Shown here one piece after another: positions 12,433 to 23,500 of a stretch of 64,000 nucleotides of DNA (its first letter is position 1; every line of letters starts with the position of its first letter). The notes below the pieces were generated by a model. The model did not search any database and was not told the origin of the DNA. It saw only the letters and a program-made list of their open reading frames with translations. The position numbers and the translations under genes are program-made. The DNA is from Pocillopora damicornis (taxonomy: Eukaryota), in contig NW_020846461.1 in the NCBI RefSeq assembly GCF_003704095.1, positions 186,001 to 250,000 of the forward strand, given 5' to 3'.

Positions 12433-12689
12433 ATGAATATGAAAGCAATCTTCTCAGTAATGAATAGTACTTAAGCAGAGTATGTTGGTTCGTAATAAAC
12501 TCAATAACTGATGAATAACATACTGACCAGCTCCCAGTTGGCTTGTTAGCTCAGTTGGTAGACTGATTGCACCGATATCGCAGAGGTCAAGGATTCGAAT
12601 CCCGCACAGGCCTGAATTTTTTTGTCAGGCCTTATTTTCACTTCTGCTTAAGTAGTGTTCATTACTGCGAAGTTCGCTTTCATGTTCAT
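12433..12689 (+). mobile_element. Inverted-repeat-bounded element containing a tRNA-like Pol III cassette
   Basis: ~47-bp imperfect inverted repeats at 12433-12479 and 12643-12689. Internal 12540-12612 has A box TAGCTCAGTTGG, B box GGATTCGAATCC and a following T7 run. Confidence 0.75.
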
Positions 12690-12838
12690 TTCGTTTCTGA
12701 TTATCGCATATTTCTCATTGGCTACGAGAAAATTCCGCTGGAATCACCCTCTTCAGACTGACCTCAACAACATTTTACTTTTGCTGTGAGAAAAGGAAGC
12801 CGAGGGGTAACTACAAAAAATCATTTCCATAGTATTAA

Positions 12839-15183
12839 CTACTGCAACGATGTCCTTATCGTTTCTTCAAAAACGGCTAACGTGATCATAATAGCAAATC
12901 CGAGCAAAAGTCCAAGGTTTTGTAGAAATATAACTCGCCATTTTTTATCAGATCTTGATGTTATGCTGGCGAACATCTCTGGAACCTGAAATGGGAATAA
13001 TGAAGCTTTATTTGTCATGGTAACAGTAACTTTAAAGAACAAAAGGATGGAATGCTAACTTTCTCCATTTCTTTTTATCGGTCTCAAAATTTTCCATCTT
13101 TCTCACTCTGTTGAAACGCTCGACGCTTTCGATGCTGATCCTGACAGTACGTGTATGCGGCTCGCGTGTCAAAGATGAACCTAGTGATAGCCTGACCCAC
13201 CGTAGAGTCTCTTCGGTTCAGTGGAAGAGCGATGGAGCACGAAACCCGAAAGTCTGAGGTTCGATTCCTCGTTAGGACTCAGAATTAGTCATTCTTTGTC
13301 CCAAGCTCGTGACAAGACGAAAACACATAACTTACAAAATTTCATTAAAGCATGTTCTTGTTTCTTCAATTTGACTCTTTACACTAAAACATTGGAGTCT
13401 CGACTTGGGAGTCCAAGCATATGCTTGAGAGTGTTATCATGTTACATCATGGGAGCAATTACATTACATTTCATGAACAAGGAATATACGGTCACTACTC
13501 ACCATTTCTGCCAGTGCTACGTAAAGAAACATTCCTGCTATGACGGCAAATATCCAGGGCGTCATATTCAGACTGGCACTTAGGGTCGCTCCTACAAGTA
13601 TGCCCGCGTATGAGCATAGGTAACAGAAACATAACAGACCCAGGGCCTCGCGGAAACGCAGACCAGACGAGACAAAGATGGCAAAATCACCTAGAGGAAA
13701 TTAGAAAAACGATAAAAGGATTTTGCAGTGCTGCTGCTTCTGACAACTTAATAGATGGAACCCCATGTATATTTTCCATACTGTAATATATAAATTTCCT
13801 AAGATGCTGACAAGGAGAATTTGTTAAACTAACAATGGCTTCCTGAGTTCACGATCATTTCCTTTATTCTCATGACCTTAATACTTGATTAAGGGATGAT
13901 AATGTCAGGAGAAATTCCACGCTGATCATTCTTAGAGGCTAAAAAGTCAATGTGTAGATTGGGTTGTATTTCATGCAAGTTGTGATTCTTTCAACGTCTT
14001 TTGTTCTCAAAATAATTATACACGGCCCAGTTTACAATTTGCCCATTGCATATTTTCTCTACGTGCACTTGAATGAAAAGAGTTTTCAACCCATGGGCGC
14101 AATACCCACACCAAATGCGTAGGAGCTTGTAAATGTAGTGAGGCTACACTCGCTTAGCATAAAAGATTGATATGGAATTGGTCATTTCCTTACCTACTGC
14201 GTGCGGTATTTCATGAAATAACACAGCTAGTGTCGTACTGAGTCCGTCCCCTGATGATTTTGAGAAAGCAGCTCCTATAGCTATTCCATCGCACGATGTG
14301 TGTAGTACTTCACCCACTAATATCGTTCCTATGAGCGTTTTATTAATTTTGGCCGCAGACTGCTCTCGCTTGGCTTTGGTTTCTGCCTCTAGCAGGCCCT
14401 TGTTCTCAAGTGGATCAGGCGACGTAGTATGAGAGTGAGAGTGACCACCCTAGAAAATGAGATTGTGTTACTGTCATAGTGCGTGACTTAGGCACAGCAG
14501 ACAACCATGCCAACCACAGTTTTGTTCTCCTTACCTCCATAACTTGAAAAAAGAGATGGAATAGGTAGAAGGAATAAATACTGCACACAACCAAGAAGGA
14601 ACGCCATAAAAGTACGCTATGAGTAGATTCTGTACCACCAGCGTCATCGTCGTGATGTTGAGATAATGCCTAGAGAATTTGAGATTGAAGTACTGAAGTT
14701 GAGTGCCAGAGGTAATCAAGAAATGCATGTGTTTTGCCTCACTCCACCCTGTGATTGGTCAAGAAAATTCGTGCAACCCTCTCAACTGATCAGATGAAAA
14801 GCTAATACTTTTCGCCATTGAGATAATCTGACATTATTTTGTCCAGGATACTGCCCTATACTCGCTATCTTTCTAATCCACTTTTGTGATTTTTTCAGTT
14901 TCGGCTCTTGGGAAACTCGTTTTTAACACGTCCTATTCCCAAATCCATAACCGCTTTGAGATTGAGCACAGTTCCTAGTGTTCATTTTTTAGAAATACAC
15001 TTTTAAGTTGTTAGTTTTACTTACGTGCGGCAAGAGGTGGAAGATCGCGTCGCCGGTGAGACAAGCAGCTCCAAGAGCGATGAGCACTGTGATTGCGTCT
15101 TTACAATATCTACCAAGGGCGGGACATATAACAGCTGATGACAGCACAGACAAGAAGAAAATGACAGTCTCTGCTCCGCATCC
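12839..15183 (-). CDS. SLC39 (ZIP) LIV-1 subfamily metal transporter, transmembrane domain; 5' end unresolved
   Basis: Exons 15183-15025, 14669-14535, 14449-14194, 13690-13503, 12985-12839, all in phase. Motifs [10 protein letters not shown], His-rich GHSHSH, TM4 [16 protein letters not shown]5 [26 protein letters not shown] and QNLGLLLG. Confidence 0.9.
13060..13325 (+). mobile_element. tRNA-derived SINE-like repeat (second copy ~47180-47450; fragment ~3500-3560 on minus strand)
   Basis: Shared CTGATCCT..CAGTA ... GTCTGAGGTTC(G/A)ATTCCTCGT...GACTCAGAATT...TTTGTCCCA.GCT.GTGACAAGACGAAAA, with a B-box-like GGTTCGATTCC. Confidence 0.7.
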
Positions 15184-18100
15184 CTGGAGAATAACTGAGG
15201 GCGATAACATCAAAGTTATTACCAATCACACGGTTCGTCAATGACTTCAACGCCACCATCCTGCCCAAGGAACAGGCATAATTTATCGCCTGTGTGGGAA
15301 GGACTTTCTTTTTTTTTTAGAAGGGGGGGAGTTAGTGGTATTTTTTTTCGTCGCCAACAACGTATAAAGGGGGGGACTATAGGGAAACTGACTGCCAATT
15401 AACTGAAAATGTGCCACCGTGTAACTATAGCTGAAATGTAATGTAACTACTTGGCCGTGAAGGGTCTGGATATGAGACGAAAATTGTGTATCTAGGCCCA
15501 AAAATTAGACATGAGCACGAGAACAAGAAACACAAAGCACATCATTAGGCCTAGTTCACGCTAGTCTCTCAGAAAAAGCGCATCGGTGATCTATCTTGCC
15601 ATGGCAGGCAGAGTGTGTTTTAAGTGCAAATTAAACTTTTGTGGTGGAAATGAGTCGGTTCTATTGACATAGCTTTATTGATCATATGGCAACCTGTCTT
15701 AGCAACGTGACAACGATGCACGATATCAGCTGTATTTAAATTAATGTGAAATTTCATTTCCGACATTTGCCCTTTCAGCTTTGAGTAAACGCAGGTTCAA
15801 TAAACAGACACTTTCTCAAGTGCAGATACTGCGGCCTGAAAAATATTTCCATCGTTCAACTTTCAATATCTTTTTTCCTATTCACTGCATTTCATTTTTA
15901 AGAATCGATTAGTCGCCCAGTTTGCGAGACATTCGAAAAATTACTGTATTTGCATATTTTTTTTATTTGAGGAGAGCCGGTAATTATATTTACTCAGCAC
16001 ACTGTCGAACGGAGAGCATGGCTTATTTTTCGCAAGATCCTGTTTAAACAACGATTGCAATCATTGCAGAATTAGGAGAGATCAAACCATATTTTTCGTG
16101 TAACGAGGAGCACAAGGTATATTTTCCCTTCCTCCTTCTCCCCCCTGTGAAATGGAGAGCACGTCGTGGTTTTTTGGAAGGTGCTGTTTATCCAACGATT
16201 GCAATTAGCGGAGTTAGAAGAGATCAAACAGCGTAAAGAAAGGTTAAAATATTTACAATTACATCAAATTGACTTTAAGATGGGTTGTGGTCGCACTATT
16301 TTTTTAATCTAAAACTTAAAATTTAAGACCAATGGTGTTGGGTTCGCCAATCTGGCTCGTCAACTGCTTAAATTCTCAAATAATTCATTTTGAATTGAGA
16401 GATCACTTTCAACACTCACCTCTGGTAATGGACATGGTCAATTTTCGTTCCTTCGTTCGATGCTGACGTTTCAAGCGTTCGGTTTTTTTAATCCCTTTTT
16501 TTGGCCGGAACGAGGCAAAATTTCTCTTGTTAAATTAAAAGAAGACGTCTCCACAAGTGAAGAACACTGAGGAAATAATAACACATAAATATCTATAGAG
16601 AAGCAGGTAGCAAGGTCACGTTTTTAAATGCTGTTTACAGGGAAGGGATTACAATGACTAAAGCCACCAGTTCTGAACCAGGTAAATCGCAGCTTTGAAA
16701 AAAAAACGAAGTCTGGGTACGCGGCAGTTTACCTGCAGGAGATTAGGTGCATTTTAAAAGTACTCACCGATCAGACTCGCGGGCCAGTATGTTTTAATTC
16801 TCATTGGGAGAAATATCGAGTGCTTACCTTAGTTAGATTCAGTCTTGGCTCAAATATACAGTTTCGCAATCAGGGAATACGAGTTGTATATCTCTTATTT
16901 CCCATTCACCTTTTAAATATCCTTTTCAGAGTGGAATAACCATGGAGTTGACTTTTTGACTGACCGAATATGAGCCTTCAAAATAAATTATGATGAAAAA
17001 TAGGAGACAAAGGCTAAATATTCCAAACGGTACCCGTATTTATCAAAAGGCCTGCTACTGATATTTCAGCGTACACGAAAAAGCGTTCTAGGAGAAGGTA
17101 ACGTAACGTTACTTTTGCGAACTTGTTCTTCATCCTTACATTTCCAATAATTACCAACGGCGATGTTTTAAGGGGGTTTGCTTTCCACTTGTTGACCGCC
17201 TCTTAAGTCGAAATTATTTCCTCTCAGGTGGTGTCAAGAATGATATACAAATTTGGCACAATCTTACTAGACATGAAAGTTGCTATGGCAATGCGAGTCA
17301 ATAAAGGGAAACTCGTGCGCGCGCGTGCAGCTTTGTTGTGTGAAATTAATTTGTTCGGTTTTCTTTGAGAAGCAGACGTTGAGTCTTAAAGTACCAGTTA
17401 TCGCTTGGCAGGGAGGGGAGGGTGGGGAGCTGAGGATGTTTGGTACGATCAGGTGGTTTTCAAAGGCACGGAGGAGGATCAGTCGTCTCTAACAGAGTAT
17501 GAAGGTGGAGGACTGTAGCAAATTGGTCGCTAATGAGACGGAATCATTAGAATACTGACAGAGCCGTGGGGGTGGGGTAGGGAATCAGATAAATTTTATT
17601 TTGACTCAACCAAAGTCCTCCACACCCAGGCCCTCAAAAGTGACCAGTTGATAACGCAAAACTGGATCATTTAAAAGCGCAACGCAAGAGGCCTTTCCTC
17701 CAAGATACTCATACATAATTTACCTTTCATCTTAGTCTCTTTGATCTGAGTTACCCTCGGTCAAGATACTATCTAAATGCATTTAATTTCCACTTGTGAT
17801 TCAGTTTGTCTGTTTTCCACGGGAAAGGGAGGTCCATTAGGGATCTTCAAGTCTTCAAGTCATTATCCCTTAAAAATTTTAATTTTTGTACTAACGCTTG
17901 CTTGAGGAAGGAGGATATTCTGACCAAAACCGAGTAAGACATTAGAATCTAAGTCACTCCGCGATGCAGATTAAGTTTTGAGACCTTCAATAAAATACGA
18001 AAGTTGAGTCATTTTCAAACCCAAGGTAACCCTCTTCTACTTTAAAAGCGGAATTTAAAAAAGGCGAGGAATTTTTAGGTTACTACAGTCACAAGTCACT

Positions 18101-18984
18101 GCAGTCGTTCTTAAGATCTTGCTTTTATTGAATGACTTTGAGACCAGCTCGTGTTAAAGTATCTTTTCTTAAATGAACACACATTGTACCTCCGGGATGC
18201 AACCTCGTTTCAATGTTTCTCTTCTACATGCCCACGCGGTCCCGCAGTAGGAAAGAACAGAGACCCTGGAAACTAGGTTACGCAGAATATTGAAATTATT
18301 ATCTTGTAAGCTATGATAACAATTTTATACAGAACAAGAGTTGACAGACACACGGGTAAAATATTCTTTTCTTTTAATGGAAAAGAGAATTAAACTACTC
18401 CAGCGATATATAATTTCGAAAAAATATATGTTTAGACTCAATTTTCATTGAAAAAAAAGTATTTGGTAAGTAGCCAGCTTTATTTTGATACGTCAGAAAT
18501 CAAACTGATCGCAAAAATGAATTGGCTTTGTCAAAGAAGGCAGTAACAAACTTAACGTATCGATAGAACTAACAAATGTTGTCTTATTTTTCCCGATGAA
18601 AGTAAGTAGGCATGATTATCATGTACTATAAATTGAAAACTAGAATTACAATCGACCAATCACAGAACAAAAAAAAATTGAAGCTTAAATAAGCTATAAT
18701 GCTCTATATACACCAGCTATTGATAAAAGCTGAATAGCAAAAATATAACTCAATTAATGAGCTTATGATACCAGAAAGTGATTTCTATTTCGCAACATAT
18801 GTACAGGAAAGTTACAAAATAAATCAATTCATGATGAAGCTATCTACAACATTCGACAAAATTCTTTGGGACTCTGCTGCATTGAAAGAATTTCGTGCAT
18901 AACCTTATTTGTGAAGAGAAACAAACATAGCTGAACAGAAAATGGGAAAAACGTAGAACTGAAGTTTCGTCATTGCCACGAGCC

Positions 18985-19055
18985 TAGTCTCATACCCAGA
19001 CCTTCCACGTCCATTTTAGTTACAATTAAACGGTAGGATCTGGGGACGAGATTAC
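18985..19055. repeat. Short palindromic MITE-like family (also ~2163-2251, 18201-18280, 37604-37678)
   Basis: Termini of the form A(A/G)(C/T)CTCGT(T/A)CCCAG ... CTGGG(A/T/G)ACGAG(A/G)TT. Confidence 0.55.
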
Positions 19056-19067
19056 TACGAACCAACT

Positions 19068-19218
19068 TGGGATCAATTTCAGTATTGAGCAAAGGTGCAC
19101 CTACCCCCTCCCCTCCCCCCTTCTAATTCAACATCAACCCTTCCTTGTTCTCAGTTCACTGTTGCTGAGTTAAGGGAGGGGTAGATGTGCAGTTGCTCGG
19201 TTATTACAATAATCCCCA
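19068..19218. mobile_element. TIR-bounded MITE-like element (half copy ~33085-33135)
   Basis: TTGGGATCAAT..GAGCAA..TGCACCTACCCC.TCCC ... GGGAGGGGTAGATGTGCAGTTGCTC..ATCCCCAA inverted arms. Confidence 0.55.
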
Positions 19219-20508
19219 ACTTCCTTAATTTTAACTGTGCAAAATGAGAGGAGATCCCGCAGAATACTGGCGAGTTTTTTGGATGTCAACATCTATAGAA
19301 GGTCTCTAGTAAAATTTAGCAACCTTTACACCAAATCACGTTTCTTCCAGAATTCGACTGACAAAGTAGTTGATTTAGAGTGGCTACTGAAAAATTTGCC
19401 AATGCAACGAGTTTAGTGATATCATGGCGGAATTCTGAAGTCGACAATGTAAAGAGATCTTTTGGTTTTTCAGTTCCAAAACAAGCCTTACCTTCTTGTA
19501 CAACAGTCTTGAAGACTGTGGTTTTACTCTCTGAAATCTACATTTTTTTGAAATGTTGTCGACATTCTTTACCCAATGCGATGGTGGATGTTTATGCGAA
19601 GCTACTGTTGATTTTTCGTTTACATTGCAGACTCCGTTTGACAGAGATCGGATCAACACCTTAAATTTTGGTAGAAACCTTTTTGAGAGCTATACAAGTA
19701 GATCCTTCACTTTCTTCAAAAGTTAAGCAAAGCAAATAAAAATAGTTTCCCGAGCAAAAGTATACACAAAACTAAATATTTTACCCTTGCAAAAATTCCA
19801 AAAATATACATGCGCTTTCATTTTTTTTTCTTTAAGCCTTTTGTTTTTGTGTTATCAGCGTCCATCTCGAGCGATGTAAAAAAGCAACGTAAAAAAAGCA
19901 GATAGAAACAGAAACTATCGGAGAGCAATTTCCTCTTCGGTAAAAGCGTCAATGCTTTCTCCAATTTCACTTTAACTTCTTCCTTGCCAGTTAAGTCCAG
20001 CCTTCGATATAATACTGCGTAATGGCACTCATTTTCTTGCAGAAATCAAGTTATCAAGTATTAAACCATTTGAGTAAAACACAAATGCACTGTTTTTGAT
20101 GAGCATTAATCCACCTAGAAGGTTTGAATCTCCCATGCGTCTTAAAGTCTGCAGTTTCTTTGGGTAAAGCTCGTTCAGCGTTTAAAGCAAAAGTGAATCT
20201 TTATCAAGCTTGAAGATTCTTAGAGTTGTCTACCAGAACTGTTTCAGCATGCATGGATTCATCAGCAAAATGTGACTCAAAACAAAGTCAAAAAGATTGA
20301 TCTTTCTGATGCAGAGAAAAATATACCGATAGCTCGAACATGGATCCTTCAATTGACGAAGCGCACATACTGGGCAATATCGCGCTTGTTGCCTGAAAGG
20401 TCTGATATTTTGGTCTTATGCAACTGATTAAACAGCAAATGCTCTTCTGCTTGCTAACCCTCCATTATCCGCTCCTCGCGACAAAATTGCGACGCTTCTG
20501 CGCCACTT

Positions 20509-23500
20509 TTAAGTTCTTTTCGTTTTTTCCGGTATAACTCCCTTCATTTGCAAAGACTCCTTATAATGCGTATGTAAATGGGTTTGCAAACTCCCAGACT
20601 GAGAGAACGCTTTGGAACATTGCCAGCATTTGTAGGGTTTCTCTCCTGTGTGAGTTCGCATGTGTCGCTTTAGGTCCGTGGAGCGTGCAAATGCCCTCGA
20701 GCACTCTTGACATTTGTACGGCTTTTCACCGGTGTGATTTCTCAAATGTCTTTGAAGGTCTGTAGAACGAACAAATGCTCGAGAACACTGCGTGCATTTG
20801 TAAGGACTCTCGCCTGAAATACAAAGGCAACCGTCAAACGATATTTTATCGCGACCAAATGTATTTAAGTATCACAACTTGATTCACCTTATGACCTGTA
20901 TCACCCCGCGTGCTTTTATTGAAAACTTTAAGATAAAAATCCCCGTTTGAGGGCCGCACGAGATGGAAAAAGCCGCAAGACCCCTCGAGATGCGAGCTGA
21001 TGAGGAAAAGAAGTTAAAGAAAGAGGGATAGTCATGTGATAGAAAGTTTCTTGACTGCGCTAATTCGGGCTGAAAGGGAAATTGTATGGCTCATGATCAT
21101 AACGCACGGATCTCGCTATGCTCGGTCCTTACGTTGATCCTCGAGCCAAATATTTCCCTTCCAGCCCTTCCACTAAGTCAATAAGTACATATCATTTACC
21201 TGTGTGTGATCTCATGTGCCTCCTCAAGTAACAAGGGTATTGAAATGCTTTACTGCAGTAAGAACACTTCCATGTGCGACCAGTCTTGTCAGGACAAACG
21301 TACTTAACATGACGCTCTAGGTAACTCTCGTATGCAAAGATCTTGCCGCATTTGTAGCACGTGTAACTCTCGTCGTCTTAAAATCAAGAGAAGAGAATCA
21401 TCAGTTTAAATGCTATCTACTCGTGAAAGTTTTCAAGAAATAACTTAACCAAGATGTTGATGATTGTTTTGAATCTGAAATCAAAGTGTTCAAACTCAGT
21501 TGAATCCCCTGCTCATTTTCGTCCGTTCCGTTCATCTTCATCGCCTTTTATCAATGTGGGCCAAAATTTTCCATGGCTAAGTCTACGATTTTGTCCATAA
21601 AGCTCCCTTCTGTCCCGAAAATGTTGGTCTAGGCCATTCTTTACTGAACTTACCCGATTCCACTCTGCTAAGCTTCTTCTCAAGATACCACCTGAACAAT
21701 TTTGTTCGTTTGTCTTCTTTCAAATGGACACTTTCTTGCAGGTATTTAGTAATCTCTATCTGCGACACGCCAGTCTCCTCGATCAGTTCTTTTTCCAAAG
21801 CCTTGTTGTTTTCCATAAAATCTCTGATTTCTCGTCCAATGATTTCTTCTTTGCCCCTAAATGTGACATATATCTCTTAGTTAAGTAGAATACCTCTGAT
21901 GGATAATTTTGATTGGACTGATTATCAACTTAAGTAAGTAAAATACTACTGCCGGATATTCGTCCGGCTTCCATCTTTAGCTTTGGAACGATAAAGAGAA
22001 ACGCCTCTTCCTTCGAAAAGGATGCTGGTCCGTCTTACGTCACCTTCCTCCCCTCCCTCCTTGTTTATTGATTACTTTTTCCCAACAATTTTGTGGTGCC
22101 GATTCATTTTCCCTAGATGTAAAATGAACTGTTACAGTATAGTGTCTTGCGCCTATAAACAATGCGGCTTCTCAGAGCTCGAATCCAGGTTTCCTAACCC
22201 AACGTCCGCGGGCTAACCTCTGAGCCATCGCGTTAATCGATAGGAGCTCCGCAAATTTGACAATTACCTAGTACAATTATAATTGAGGGGAAATCAGATC
22301 AATTCCATTGCGACACAACCAAAATCCTCCACCCCCAGCGGAGATAAATAATGACAGGTCCTTTGTGTATTTTGTTCACAAAATGTAGTTCAATTCCCTA
22401 AAAAAGATTTTTTTCTTTACTAATAAGGTTAATAAAAATTGTGATGAACTGGTGTTGTTTTTATCTAAAAGTCGTTTCTCAAAGAGGTTGGTGGCATTTA
22501 TCAAAAGGGTTTACTGGAAGAGGAGATGACATTGAGTGAGATCACAAGAAATTTTTTCAAAACTTACTGTAGCATTTTTTCCAGCTCCTCCTCAAGTTTG
22601 TGGAGTCTTGTTGAGTTGTTTTCATTCACGGGATTCATCGAACGTCTCATAGCTTTACTCTTTCTCTCCTTTAGATCCTCGCATTTTTCCTCGGCTGTTT
22701 CATTTTCCTCAACGTTGACCTGTTCTCTTTTTACACTTGTTAAACTGTCGCTTACACGTCGTTTAAACTTCGTGTCATGCACTTTACGAGGTTCCTTAAA
22801 AGTCTCGCTTTCGTTTAATTCAGTTTCATGCACGTCGCCATCATTGATCTTCCTGTGGTCTACAGTAACGTTCTGGGTACAAAACTCGTAGTCTGCCCGT
22901 CGTAAGCACAGCTCAGCAAGCGTGTGTAATCCGCGCGTGTCGAGCGCGGGAAAAGGCACCGGCTGATTCCTCCCGTTATTGGTGCGGGGAATGTAAGAGT
23001 CCGCGTTGGCTTCCAAATTGCACTGGATGGCCACATCGCCTGAAAAAAAAATTAAAGTTTTGAACACGAAACAACAGAAAAAATATGCACTTACACAACC
23101 CACAATTTCTCCATTCACTCTGCTTTGGAAACTCTTTTCGGTGGCCGGTTTACATCATCAACTCAGATGATAACACCAAATAATCTTGTATTGCTCCCCG
23201 CCGACGCAGCACCACAGTTTCTTTAGGAACTTACCCTTCTATTGAAAAAAAGTTTATCGAAATAAAGCAAAAGAAAGCTCTTACAAGTGCTCTGCCCTTC
23301 CATGATCTGTCCTCTCGGTGAATTATCTCAGTGTTCAAAGCCAAGAAAAGTAAATTTTTTGAGGGGGGTTTATCTTCAAAATGGAAATATCTTCGACGAT
23401 GAAGCTACACGGTCCTAATAACTTTGTACGTTTTACGTTCTGTGCGTTTACGCTGATCGCAAGTTCAAGTAAAGAGCTACCTCTCGCAAAATTTCATTTG

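Noticed and set aside
12540-12612. Functional tRNA gene
   Set aside because: D and anticodon arms are imperfect and it sits inside an inverted-repeat element; treated as a tRNA-derived repeat.
19380-20460. Short ORFs downstream of the zinc-finger gene
   Set aside because: No recognisable motifs or splice pattern; more likely 3' UTR or intergenic.
21450-21582. Extra exon between the POU-like and zinc-finger exons
   Set aside because: The candidate acceptors tried gave stops or the wrong phase; the direct 21654-21376 splice is in frame.
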